This document shows positions 17,046-26,563 of a DNA stretch of 45,917 nucleotides, piece by piece (within the stretch, counting starts at the first letter, position 1; the number at the start of each line of letters is the position of its first letter). Under the pieces are notes generated by a model that did no database searches, was not told the origin of the DNA, and saw only the letters and a list, made by a program, of their open reading frames with translations. The position numbers and the translations under genes were made by a program. Origin of the DNA: an uncultured Erysipelotrichaceae bacterium (GTDB lineage: Bacteria > Bacillota_I > Bacilli_A > Erysipelotrichales > Erysipelotrichaceae). Location: positions 1 through 45,917 of the forward strand of contig CAYTET010000004.1 of assembly GCA_964436975.1 (NCBI GenBank), read 5' to 3'.

Positions 17046-18203
17046 CTACTCATTGTCTGCCTTAGCCGCCTTGGCCTGATACATGTTTTTATCGGCCTCG
17101 TCGATTACCGTATCGATGGTGCAGCAATCCTGGCTGTTTACCACGCTGCAGCCGGTGCTTATGGCAAAGGTATAAGGGTATTTAGAGACATGGTTAAGCG
17201 CATTGACTGCTTCAGTAAGCCGTCTGGTGATGACCTGGGCATCCTGGCGGCTGCTGATATGGCCGATCAGGATGAATTCATCCCCGCCGAAGCGGCCCAG
17301 AAAATCACTGCGCCGGCTTTTCTCCTTCAAAGTTTTCGCCATCAGGGTTAAAACCTCGTCCCCGATCAGATGGCCGTAATTATCATTAATCGATTTGAAA
17401 TGATCAATATCAATCATCACCACAACCAGGTAATCATCCCCGCGGCGGTGATCAATCTCCCACTGCAGCTGGTTGTTGGCCTTGCGGCGGTTATACAGTT
17501 TTGTCAGCGGATCCCTGAAGCCCTTGTCATCCTGGTAGTTCATAAACAGAACCAGCAGCGAAAGAGTGGAGGCAATCCAGATCAGCGAAACCCCGTAATT
17601 AAAATACTGCAGGAAATAGCAGACAATAACCGGCAGCGGGAAAAACAGCAGGGAATAATAGTCGCTGACTTCCCGGCTGCGGCGGGGATGCTTCATTTCA
17701 TTAATAATGATAACGGCGCTGGCTACAATATACAGCAGGGAAATAACAAACAGCCAGATCATATAAGGGCCGCGGGTATAAAGGTTTAATTCATTGATGC
17801 TGTAAACCCAGCCGGTTGCGATGCTGATAACGCTGACCGCCGTATTAAGGGCCGCCGGCACCAGCAGAAGGACTTTTTGAATCCGGGTGTACTGATAGCC
17901 CGGATAAAGATGGGCTACGGTGTAGCACAGCCAGAAGCAGCAGAACCAGATCTGCGCCAGAAAGTAGCACAGCGCCAGCACCCGGTTGGCAATGGCCAGC
18001 AGGACCGTATTATGACCGTCGATAAAGTAAATGCCGACATCACACAGCAGTATTAAAAGATTGCTGAAAAGAAGGGCAAAGAAAAAACGCTGCTCGCTCG
18101 ACTTGTCTCTGGCATAATCCCGGTTGAGGAAAAACAGAATCGCCAGCAGCAGAATGATTCCGACGATGTTAATTTCCAGATAGCTTATTGCAACAATTTC
18201 CAT
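17046..18203 (-). CDS. Membrane-bound diguanylate cyclase (multi-TM N-terminal domain plus GGDEF)
   Basis: Hydrophobic N-terminal 200 aa; GFRDPLTKLYNRR...MIDIDHFKSINDNYGH...GRFGGDEFILIG is a GGDEF domain with an intact GGDEF motif. Confidence 0.85.
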   Translation of the reverse strand: MEIVAISYLEINIVGIILLLAILFFLNRDYARDKSSEQRFFFALLFSNLLILLCDVGIYFIDGHNTVLLAIANRVLALCYFLAQIWFCCFWLCYTVAHLYPGYQYTRIQKVLLLVPAALNTAVSVISIATGWVYSINELNLYTRGPYMIWLFVISLLYIVASAVIIINEMKHPRRSREVSDYYSLLFFPLPVIVCYFLQYFNYGVSLIWIASTLSLLVLFMNYQDDKGFRDPLTKLYNRRKANNQLQWEIDHRRGDDYLVVVMIDIDHFKSINDNYGHLIGDEVLTLMAKTLKEKSRRSDFLGRFGGDEFILIGHISSRQDAQVITRRLTEAVNALNHVSKYPYTFAISTGCSVVNSQDCCTIDTVIDEADKNMYQAKAAKADNE

Positions 18204-18231
18204 AGCCCTTACCCTTTAATTATTCAGTTAA

Positions 18232-19482
18232 TTATACCTTATTTAGCGGTCCGGCGCCAATCAGGACTACGGCCAGGTCATTGACATTAGTTCCGGTCGG
18301 CCCGGTCATCAGCAGCCCGTCAGCGGCCTGAAGGCCGTTATAGGCATCGTTATCCGCCAGAACAGCCTGGATATCCAGGCCCCGGCGGCCCAGCCGGCCG
18401 GCCGTGCTTCCATCCACAAAACCGCCGGCGGCATCGGTCGGACCATCAGTTCCGTCCGAGCCGACTGAAAAGACAGCCACATTGGCCAGCCCTTCAATCT
18501 CACAGGCCGCCCGCAGGGCCAGCTGCTGGTTGCGGCCGCCCAAACCCCGGCCGACAACTTTCACAACGGTTTCCCCGCCGAAAATATAGGCCTGCTTAAC
18601 ACCGTCACCCGCATGCCGGCGGCCCAGCCTCCCTAACAGCTGGCCGGCCTCATCAGCGCTGGTTGTCATTGCATCGTCAACAATTGTACTTTTATACCCC
18701 AGCGTCACGGCGGCGGCCCGACCGGCCTGGCATAGCTGGACACAGCTGGCCGTAACATGGGTTTCGCAGTTGGTCACCCTGACCGTCTTTTTGGCTTCAA
18801 TCAGCCGGCGGGCCGCGGCGGGCAGCTGAATATGGCAGCTCCGGATTACCTCTTCAGCCTGACCGGCCGTGACATTATCATCGAATGTTGGCCCGGAGGC
18901 AATCATATCCAGCGGGCTGCCGATGATATCGGAAAGAATCACCGTAAAAACATGCGCCGGCTGGCATAGCAAGGCCAGCTGACCGCCTTTTATACGGGAA
19001 AAACATTTTCTGACGGCATTTATCTGGCGGATATCGGCCCCGCTGGCCAGCAGCTGCTCGTTGATGTCCTGCAGCTGCCCAAGACTTAGCAGCGGGTCTT
19101 CCAAAAGGGCGCTGCCGCCGCCGGATATCAGCACTATCACCGTGTCTTCAGCCGTCAGATGGCTGACCATCGCTTCAATCTGCCTGGTGGCCGCTATGCC
19201 GTTTTCATCGACAACCGGATGACCGCCCTGGAAGCATTCGACATGGGCAATAGGTCCTTTGACATGGCCGTATTTGGTCAGACAGATGCCCCGGGTCAGG
19301 CGGTCCTGCAGAAAGTTGCTGGCCGCTTTGGCCATTGACCAGCCCGCCTTGCCAAAAGAAACCAGAAAAAGGCGTCCCGGCAGCCGGGGCAGATCCTGCA
19401 GGGCCTTTTCAACAGCCTTTTCCGGCATGACCGCCGCAATTGACTGCTCAACGATTATTCCGGCATCCTGGCGCAATGACAT
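18232..19482 (-). CDS. Glycerate 2-kinase (MOFRL / TtuD family)
   Basis: 416 aa; layout and motifs (FGKAGWSMAKAA...LISGGGSALLE...GGETVVKVVGRGLGGRNQQLAL...GSDGTDGPTDAAGGFVDG) typical of GckA/TtuD-type glycerate kinases. Confidence 0.65.
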   Translation of the reverse strand: MSLRQDAGIIVEQSIAAVMPEKAVEKALQDLPRLPGRLFLVSFGKAGWSMAKAASNFLQDRLTRGICLTKYGHVKGPIAHVECFQGGHPVVDENGIAATRQIEAMVSHLTAEDTVIVLISGGGSALLEDPLLSLGQLQDINEQLLASGADIRQINAVRKCFSRIKGGQLALLCQPAHVFTVILSDIIGSPLDMIASGPTFDDNVTAGQAEEVIRSCHIQLPAAARRLIEAKKTVRVTNCETHVTASCVQLCQAGRAAAVTLGYKSTIVDDAMTTSADEAGQLLGRLGRRHAGDGVKQAYIFGGETVVKVVGRGLGGRNQQLALRAACEIEGLANVAVFSVGSDGTDGPTDAAGGFVDGSTAGRLGRRGLDIQAVLADNDAYNGLQAADGLLMTGPTGTNVNDLAVVLIGAGPLNKV

Positions 19483-19571
19483 CTATAAACTCCTTACCTG
19501 CTTCTATTGTAGCTTACCGCAGCGCCTCCTGACAACCTGGACCGTCTCAAAAAAACTGACGGCAAAAGCCG

Positions 19572-20069
19572 TCAGCCCGCAATCTGGCTGAGTTCCTGCA
19601 GCCAGTCCGCCAGTTCGGCCGGACCGGTTATCATCTTACTGCCGCCGGTACTGTCAAACTGGATTTCTTTTTCTGCCTTGAACACCGCTCCCGCACAGCC
19701 CTTTTTAATATCTTTCATATTATGACCGGGCCAGCCGCCGTTAGTTATGAAGGGAATGACTGTTTTACCGTGAAAATCATTTTCGCTGATAAAGGTTAAG
19801 ACTGCCGGTGCCATCGTATACCACCAGGTCGGACTGCCGATCGCAATGATATCATATTCTGACAGCTTGGCCGCCAGCGGCTTGAGGGCCGGCTTATAGC
19901 CGCTGTCGGCTTCCCTTTTGCTCTGCCGGTTAATCTGGTCGTTGGTGCCGGTATAGGGAACGGCCACTTCTATTTCGGCAATGTCAGCTTTTAAGGCTGC
20001 CCTGACTTTTTCAGCAATTCTTCTGGTATTGCCGCTGCCAAAGGAGTAGTAGACAACAATGGCTTTCAT
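19572..20069 (-). CDS. Flavodoxin-family protein
   Basis: MKAIVVYYSFGSGNTRRIAEKV is a flavodoxin FMN-binding loop; 165 aa; 4-bp overlap with the upstream MerR gene. Confidence 0.7.
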   Translation of the reverse strand: MKAIVVYYSFGSGNTRRIAEKVRAALKADIAEIEVAVPYTGTNDQINRQSKREADSGYKPALKPLAAKLSEYDIIAIGSPTWWYTMAPAVLTFISENDFHGKTVIPFITNGGWPGHNMKDIKKGCAGAVFKAEKEIQFDSTGGSKMITGPAELADWLQELSQIAG

Positions 20070-20476
20070 TTTGCCGCCCCCTTCTTTGGAGTCTGATCAG
20101 GCCAGACCAGCCGGCCGGTCCTGACAGCCTGCCGGTAACAGCCGATTTTATAATCGAGCTTGGTAATTGTTTCATCCAGCTGCTGCTTCTGCTTTTCCAG
20201 CAGCACATGCTGGCTTTCAAGAAGCTGCAGCCGCTGCGGAATGGTTTTATCGCCCTGCCGGAACAGCTTCTGATAAGCACAGAGCACTTCAATTGACAGG
20301 CCGGCGGCCCGCATGCATTTAGCCTGCTCAACCCAATTAAGATCTTCAGCGCTGTAATCTCTGATTCCGCCCGCCGTCCGGCTGACCGGCGGGATTACAC
20401 CGACCCGCTCGTAATAACGCAGCGTCTGCTGCGGCAGCTGATACTTTTCACTGACCTGCCTGATTGTCATGCCCAT
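20066..20476 (-). CDS. MerR family transcriptional regulator
   Basis: N-terminal MTIRQVSEKYQLPQQTLRYYERVGVIPPVSRTAGGIRDYSAEDL is a MerR HTH. Confidence 0.85.
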   Translation of the reverse strand: MGMTIRQVSEKYQLPQQTLRYYERVGVIPPVSRTAGGIRDYSAEDLNWVEQAKCMRAAGLSIEVLCAYQKLFRQGDKTIPQRLQLLESQHVLLEKQKQQLDETITKLDYKIGCYRQAVRTGRLVWPDQTPKKGAAK

Positions 20477-20543
20477 GATATTTCCTCCTGCTGCCTTAAT
20501 TTTAATGCTTATAGTTAACTCAAAGTCAATAGACGGACAGTCT

Positions 20544-21890
20544 TTAGGCCGCCGCCGGCAGTTTTTGGGTCTGCCGGTTCAGCCGGATTATCCTGAAGGC
20601 GGCATATCCGGCGACAGCCAGCTCGGTGACCGGCATGGCATACCACAGCGTACCGGCACCAAACAGAGCCGGCAGCAGATAGATCAATCCGCCGCTGATA
20701 ACGGCGCCGCGCATGATGGAAATAAACAGGGCGGTCTGCGGCTTCAGCAGGGCCTGGAAATAGTATGTGGCGAAAATATTAAACGGCAGCAGCAGAAATG
20801 ACAGGGCATAGCAGCGTATTATCGACGGCGCTATGGATAGAAGATCAGGCGTGGGAACTGTCAGCAGCCGGACGAACATATTGGGAACCGCCAGGCATAG
20901 ACCGGTCCAGGCCAGTCCGATAACGGCCACTGACCATAATGCATACTTCAAAGTCTGCCTGACCCGGCTGATCAGACCGGCCCCGTAATTAACTGACAGC
21001 AGCGGCTGGCTGGCCTGACCGACACTGTAGGCACAGCACTGCACAAAGTTGCTGATATAGGAAATGATGCCATAGACGGCCAGGGCGCTGACATCCAGAT
21101 ACTGCATGATCTGCCGGTTGAACAGTATGGTCAGAATACCCATGGCCACATCAACAAAGAAAGTCGCAAAGCCCATTACGGCAATCCGGCTTATTTTATA
21201 CAGCAGCCGGGACGGTCTTGTGAAAACCAAAGTGCAGCGGTCGCTTCTAAAGTGGCTCAGCATGATAACACAGCTGACAAAGCTGCCGGCGCAGGTCGCA
21301 ATGCCGGCACCGGTAATGCCCATATTAAGGGTGAATACGGCAAAAATATCACCAAACACATTAAACACACCGCCAATCAGAACAGCTTTGGTAGCCAGCC
21401 CCGGATCACCGTCATTACGCAGAAAGGCTGCCATAAGCTGGCTGGCAATAAAGCAGGGCACCGCAAACTTGACCGGATAGATATAGGCCCGGGCCAGCGG
21501 CATCAGTTCCGCGCTGGCGCCGAATAAGGTCAGCAGCTGCTCGTCAAAAAAGATCAGGGCTGTCCAGCCGGCCAGACACAGCAGGGCGGCCGTGATGACA
21601 GCCGCTGTATAGTACTCATTTGACTCCTGATAGGCCGCTGCCTCCTTCTGTCCGCGCAGCCGGCTGAAAATAACCGCTCCGCCGATGCCGGCCAACAGAC
21701 TCAGACTGTAGATGATATTCCAAAACGGCGCAATCAGCGCAATGGCTGCCGTACCCGTGGTCCCGTAGTATTTGCCGACGGCCGCCAGATCAACAATGCC
21801 GTAAACTGAAGAGATGAAGGCACTGCCGAAAGCCGCCGCCAGATACTTAAAATACACCTTTTTAATATTGTCTTTCACTAAATCAACCAT
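20544..21890 (-). CDS. MATE family efflux transporter
   Basis: 448 aa, about 12 TM helices, composition typical of MATE (NorM/DinF-like). Confidence 0.8.
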   Translation of the reverse strand: MVDLVKDNIKKVYFKYLAAAFGSAFISSVYGIVDLAAVGKYYGTTGTAAIALIAPFWNIIYSLSLLAGIGGAVIFSRLRGQKEAAAYQESNEYYTAAVITAALLCLAGWTALIFFDEQLLTLFGASAELMPLARAYIYPVKFAVPCFIASQLMAAFLRNDGDPGLATKAVLIGGVFNVFGDIFAVFTLNMGITGAGIATCAGSFVSCVIMLSHFRSDRCTLVFTRPSRLLYKISRIAVMGFATFFVDVAMGILTILFNRQIMQYLDVSALAVYGIISYISNFVQCCAYSVGQASQPLLSVNYGAGLISRVRQTLKYALWSVAVIGLAWTGLCLAVPNMFVRLLTVPTPDLLSIAPSIIRCYALSFLLLPFNIFATYYFQALLKPQTALFISIMRGAVISGGLIYLLPALFGAGTLWYAMPVTELAVAGYAAFRIIRLNRQTQKLPAAA

Positions 21891-22293
21891 AAGTTTTATC
21901 CTCCTTCAGCCAAAAGAAAACCGGACAGGCTACAGGCATTTCATCCTGTCACCTTATCCGGTTTGCCATTTCTTCTGAATGGCCCACCTCCGCGTGAGCG
22001 TTCTTATTATTGCATATCATTTTGATATGTCAAGCCGGCTTTTTTAAAATCCGGTGCCGCCGGCTGATCAGCAAGAATAATCCTGCGAATAAGCCCGGGC
22101 CCACCATTGGCCATAAGATCCGGCGGCAGCCTTTACCACCAGCCGGCTGCCTTTTGGGCAAAGCATATTACCGTCCCCCCGTTTCATCTTCGGCCGCTGA
22201 TATTATACATCACAGCGCAGAATATTAGGCCCTGCATGAAAGCGCTTATATCTGCACCAGCGCTTCTTTTTTTGCAAGAATTTAAAAATAGGT

Positions 22294-22353
22294 GTTGACA
22301 AGGCATGACTGCTGATGTAAATATTATGTAGCCTGCTACATGTAGCACGCTAC
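22294..22353 (+). promoter_or_regulatory. Sigma-70-like promoter (TTGACA-17-TAAATA) followed by two abutting perfect 14-bp palindromes TGTAGC-NN-GCTACA; candidate MarR auto-operator
   Basis: TTGACA at 22294-22299; TAAATA at 22317-22322; TGTAGCCTGCTACA at 22326-22339 and TGTAGCACGCTACA at 22340-22353, all immediately upstream of the marR RBS AAAGGAGG. Confidence 0.5.
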
Positions 22354-22373
22354 ATTTATAAAGGAGGTTTAGA

Positions 22374-22796
22374 ATGGATTATCAAATCGGGTATCTTATT
22401 AAGTCAATCAATGACCGCATTAAAATCAAGGCTGACAGCGATTTAAAGAAGCACAATCTTACTCTGGCCCAGAGCCGGGTTCTGGTTTTTATCAACCAGC
22501 ATGACGGCCAGGTCACCCAGAAGCAGATTGAAGATCATCTCAAGGTATCACATCCCACTGTTGTCGGCATCATTGCCCGCATGCAGAAAAACGGCTTTGT
22601 AACCTGCCAGACTGATAAAAAGGATCATCGCAATAAATTGGTTGCCCTGACTCCCATGGCTAAAAAAACCGGTCGGAACATGTCTGCCGTGATTAAGGAG
22701 ATGGATGCCCGAATGCTGGAGCCGCTGACCGCAAAACAGGCCGACCAGCTTGGCAAAATGCTGACGCTCATCGACAGCCATCTTGAAAATGAATAG
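22374..22796 (+). CDS. MarR family transcriptional regulator
   Basis: 140 aa; LTLAQSRVLVFINQHDGQVTQKQIEDHLKVSHPTVVGIIARMQKNGFV is a MarR wHTH. Confidence 0.9.
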   Translation: MDYQIGYLIKSINDRIKIKADSDLKKHNLTLAQSRVLVFINQHDGQVTQKQIEDHLKVSHPTVVGIIARMQKNGFVTCQTDKKDHRNKLVALTPMAKKTGRNMSAVIKEMDARMLEPLTAKQADQLGKMLTLIDSHLENE

Positions 22797-22846
22797 GCTT
22801 CTCTTCTTATCTGAAAACGCTTCTTATAGTGAAAGGAAACAAACCA

Positions 22847-24604
22847 ATGATTAAAACGCTGCTTAAAAGTCTGCGGAATCACAAAAAGGAATCATGGATT
22901 ACAGTCGGACTGTCGGTCATCGAAGTAGTCTTTGAAATTGTCATTCCGCTGTGCATGTCTAATCTGATTGATTACGGCATTAATACCGGCACGGTATCCA
23001 ATGTCTGGAGATATGGAATTACCCTGATGCTGTTTGCCATTATGCAGCTGGTCACCGGCAAGCTGTCAGCCCGCTTTGCGGCCCGGGCCTCTTCCGGCTT
23101 TGCGGCTAATTTAAGGCAGGATATGTATGACAATGTCCAGACCTTTGCTTTTTCCAATATTGATAAATTTTCAACTTCGTCAATTGTGACCCGGCTCACT
23201 ACCGACGTCACCAATATCCAGAACTCTTATCAGATGATAATCCGCATGGCCATCCGGGGACCGATCATGATGCTGTTTGCCATGATTGTCTCCTTCAGCA
23301 TCAACAAAGACATCTCCATGATCTTTCTGATTGCCATTCCGGTTCTGGCCATCGCCCTGTACTTCATCATCAGAAGTGTCAATCCCATCTTCAAGCGGGT
23401 CTTTGCCACCTATGATGAGCTGAATAATGTTGTGCAGGAAGATGTCCGCGGCATCCGTGTCGTCAAGTCCTTCAACCAGGAAGCTTCCCAGACCGGCAAG
23501 TTCAAAGAAATCTCCCAGCGCATCTATGCTGACTTTGCCAAAGGCGAACGGCTGATTGCCTTCAACTCGCCGGCCATGCAGTTATGCATGTACACCTGCC
23601 TGATTCTGATTTCCTGGCTGGGAGCCAAAGCCATTGTCGCCTCCGGCAACAATGCCGCCTTAGGCCTGACTACCGGTCAATTGACCGCTCTGATCACCTA
23701 TGCCCAGCAGATTCTGACCAGTCTGATGATGCTGTCAATGGTTTTTGCCATGATCACCATCTCGGCTTCCTCCGGTCAGCGTATTGCTGAATTGCTGCAG
23801 GAAACAACCGATATCAAGAATCCCGAAAACCCGGTAATGGAGGTTGCCGATGGCAGCATTCATTATCAGAATGTTGACTTCACCTATGCTTCCAAAGCTG
23901 ACAAAAAGGTGCTGGATAACATCTGCCTGGATATTGCCTCCGGCCAGACAGTCGGCATCATCGGCAGCACCGGTTCATCCAAATCCAGTCTGGTGCAGCT
24001 GGTGGCGCGTCTGTATGATGTGACAGCCGGAAGCCTGACGGTCGGCGGCATTGACGTCCGCCAGTATGACCTGGATTCATTAAGGCAGGCTGTTGCTATG
24101 GTGCTGCAGAAAAACGAACTGTTTGCCGGCACAATCATTGATAATCTGCGCTGGGGCAACGAAAATGCCACCATGGATGAGATGAAGCAGGCCTGTCATC
24201 TGGCCTGTGCCGATGAGTTTATCGACACGCTGCCCGACGGCTATGAAACCAAGATCGAGCAGGGCGGAGCCAATGTCTCCGGCGGACAGAAACAGCGGCT
24301 GTGCATTGTTCGGGCCCTGCTGAAGAATCCCAAAGTACTGATTCTTGATGATTCGACCAGTGCCGTTGATACGGCCACTGATGCCCGCATTCAGAAAGCT
24401 CTGGCCCAGTATATGCCTGAAACAACCAAGATTGTCATTGCCCAGCGGATCAGCTCCGTTCAAAATGCCGACAAAACCGTCGTCATGGATGACGGCCACA
24501 TCTCCGCTGTCGGCAGTCATGAAGAATTATTGAAATCAAGCAGTATTTACCGTGAAGTTTATCAGTCCCAGCAGAAAGGAGCCTCTGAAAATGAAAAAGC
24601 GTAA
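22847..24604 (+). CDS. ABC transporter permease/ATP-binding protein (type I exporter half, first subunit of a heterodimer); start moved to the ATG with RBS, since the 22829 ORF start is a GTG
   Basis: 6-TM region followed by an NBD with Walker A GSTGSSKSS (non-canonical), signature VSGGQKQRL and Walker B ILDDSTSAVD. Confidence 0.85.
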   Translation: MIKTLLKSLRNHKKESWITVGLSVIEVVFEIVIPLCMSNLIDYGINTGTVSNVWRYGITLMLFAIMQLVTGKLSARFAARASSGFAANLRQDMYDNVQTFAFSNIDKFSTSSIVTRLTTDVTNIQNSYQMIIRMAIRGPIMMLFAMIVSFSINKDISMIFLIAIPVLAIALYFIIRSVNPIFKRVFATYDELNNVVQEDVRGIRVVKSFNQEASQTGKFKEISQRIYADFAKGERLIAFNSPAMQLCMYTCLILISWLGAKAIVASGNNAALGLTTGQLTALITYAQQILTSLMMLSMVFAMITISASSGQRIAELLQETTDIKNPENPVMEVADGSIHYQNVDFTYASKADKKVLDNICLDIASGQTVGIIGSTGSSKSSLVQLVARLYDVTAGSLTVGGIDVRQYDLDSLRQAVAMVLQKNELFAGTIIDNLRWGNENATMDEMKQACHLACADEFIDTLPDGYETKIEQGGANVSGGQKQRLCIVRALLKNPKVLILDDSTSAVDTATDARIQKALAQYMPETTKIVIAQRISSVQNADKTVVMDDGHISAVGSHEELLKSSSIYREVYQSQQKGASENEKA

Positions 24605-26507
24605 TAACCAGAATCCCGCGAAAAACGGCCAGAATTACGATCCGGCGGTGCTGAAACGGCTTCTGTCCTATCTGCGGGTCTATAAAGGTCCGCTGATTAT
24701 AGTGCTGATATGCATTCTGCTGTCGGCTATTGCCTCGGCAGCCTCTTCCATGTTCCTGCAGACACTGATTGATGATTACATCACGCCCCTGCTGGATTCA
24801 CCCAACCCCGTCTTTACCGGCCTGCTGCAGGCTCTGGCTGTGCTGGCAGTGGTCTATCTTATCGGCATTGCTTCTAATTTGATATACAACCGCATCATGG
24901 TCACCGTCGCCCAGGGCACGTTGAAGACCATCCGTGACGAAATGTTTGAAAAGATGCAGAAACTGCCGGTCCGTTATTTTGACAGTCATACCCATGGCGA
25001 TATCATGAGTCTTTATACCAATGATACCGACACTCTGCGGCAGTTGATCGCCCAGTCCATGGCCCAGCTGGTAACTTCCATTGCCACTATCGTTGCCGTC
25101 TTCTGCTGCATGCTTTATATCAGCATCTGGCTGACTCTGGTGGTCATCATTGCGCTGTTCTTTGTCATGCAGATTATTAAGAAAGTGACCGGTTCCAGCG
25201 GCAAATACTTTATTGAGCAGCAGCATTCTCTGGCGGATCTGGATGGCTATGTCGAAGAAATGATCAACGGCCAGAAAGTCATCAAGGTCTTCTGCCATGA
25301 AAGCAAGACCAAGGAAGAATTAGCCGTTAAGAATAAAGCCTGGGAAACCAGTTCGGCCACAGCCAACGGCTCTTCCAATGCCATGATGCCGATGATGAAT
25401 GCCCTGGGCTATGTCCTGTATGTCATTATCGCCATTGTCGGCGCCTATATGGCTATATTCAAAGTCAGCAACCTGGGACTGTTCGGCATCAATACCATCA
25501 CCCTTGGCATGATCGCCTCGTTTCTGACCCTGTCCCGCAGCTTCATCAATCCTATTTCCCAGATTGCCAACCAGTTCAACTCCATTATCACGGCGCTGGC
25601 CGGCGCCGGCCGCATCTTCGCCTTTATGGATGAAGAAGCCGAAACTGACAACGGCTATGTCACCCTGGTCAATGCCAGCGAGGAAAACGGCGTTATCAGT
25701 GAAGCTGACCATCCGACCGGTCTGTGGGCTTGGAAACATCCTCATGGCGACGGCACGCTTACTTATACCAAGCTGGAAGGCCGGATCGTCATGGATCATG
25801 TGGACTTCTCCTATGTTCCTGACAAGCAGATTCTTTATGATATTACCCTTTATGCCGAGCCGGGTCAGAAGATTGCCTTTGTCGGGGCAACCGGTGCCGG
25901 CAAGACTACTATTACCAACCTGATCAACCGCTTCTACGACATTGATGACGGCAAGATCCGCTATGACGGCATCAACATCAACAAGATCAAAAAGGCTGAT
26001 CTGCGGCGCAGCTTGGGAATGGTGCTGCAGGATGTCAACCTGTTTACCGGAACCGTAATGGAAAATCTGCGCTTCGGCAACCGGACCGCCAGCGACGAGC
26101 AGTGCATTGAAGCCGCCCGGCTGGCCAATGCTGACAGTTTCATCCGGATGCTTCCGGATGGCTATAATACCGTTCTCAAGGGCGACGGCAGCGGCCTTTC
26201 CCAGGGCCAGAGACAGCTTATCTCCATTGCCCGGGCGGCCGTAGCTGACCCGCCGGTCATGATTCTGGATGAAGCCACCTCGTCAATTGATACCCGTACC
26301 GAAGCTTTGGTTCAGGACGGCATGGATAAGCTGATGAACGGCCGGACAACCTTTGTCATCGCCCACCGTCTGTCAACCGTTCAGAATTCTGATGTCATTA
26401 TGGTTCTTGACCACGGTCATATCATCGAACGCGGCAACCATAAAAAACTCATCAGTGAAAAAGGCACCTACTACCAGCTTTACACCGGCGCCTTCGAACT
26501 CGAATAG
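24591..26507 (+). CDS. ABC transporter permease/ATP-binding protein (second subunit of the heterodimeric exporter); likely start at the internal ATG with RBS AAAGGAG
   Basis: Walker A GATGAGKTT, signature LSQGQRQLI, Walker B ILDEATSSID; about 45-aa insertion before the NBD (GYVTLVNASEENGVISEADHPTGLWAWKHPHGDG). Confidence 0.85.
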   Translation: MKKRNNQNPAKNGQNYDPAVLKRLLSYLRVYKGPLIIVLICILLSAIASAASSMFLQTLIDDYITPLLDSPNPVFTGLLQALAVLAVVYLIGIASNLIYNRIMVTVAQGTLKTIRDEMFEKMQKLPVRYFDSHTHGDIMSLYTNDTDTLRQLIAQSMAQLVTSIATIVAVFCCMLYISIWLTLVVIIALFFVMQIIKKVTGSSGKYFIEQQHSLADLDGYVEEMINGQKVIKVFCHESKTKEELAVKNKAWETSSATANGSSNAMMPMMNALGYVLYVIIAIVGAYMAIFKVSNLGLFGINTITLGMIASFLTLSRSFINPISQIANQFNSIITALAGAGRIFAFMDEEAETDNGYVTLVNASEENGVISEADHPTGLWAWKHPHGDGTLTYTKLEGRIVMDHVDFSYVPDKQILYDITLYAEPGQKIAFVGATGAGKTTITNLINRFYDIDDGKIRYDGININKIKKADLRRSLGMVLQDVNLFTGTVMENLRFGNRTASDEQCIEAARLANADSFIRMLPDGYNTVLKGDGSGLSQGQRQLISIARAAVADPPVMILDEATSSIDTRTEALVQDGMDKLMNGRTTFVIAHRLSTVQNSDVIMVLDHGHIIERGNHKKLISEKGTYYQLYTGAFELE

Positions 26508-26526
26508 TCCACATATATATCTCTGT

Positions 26527-26552
26527 CTGCATTATAAAAGCCGGCCCGCTGC
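26527..26552. terminator. Bidirectional rho-independent terminator between the convergent ABC and deaminase genes
   Basis: AAAGCCGGC-ccgct-GCCGGCTTT perfect stem flanked by an A-run and a T-run. Confidence 0.7.
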
Positions 26553-26563
26553 CGGCTTTTTTA

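Noticed and set aside
22127-22165. Hairpin GGCAGCC...GGCTGCC followed by TTTT upstream of marR, considered as a terminator of an sRNA or upstream gene
   Set aside because: No plus-strand gene or promoter upstream to terminate and the U-run is short; it may simply be fortuitous structure. Not reported as a feature.
24080-25799. Antisense ORFs of 146-166 aa within the ABC exporter genes, and 28424-29101(+) opposite the deaminase
   Set aside because: The sense strands encode unmistakable ABC/ADA motifs; the antisense frames are open only because of codon bias.
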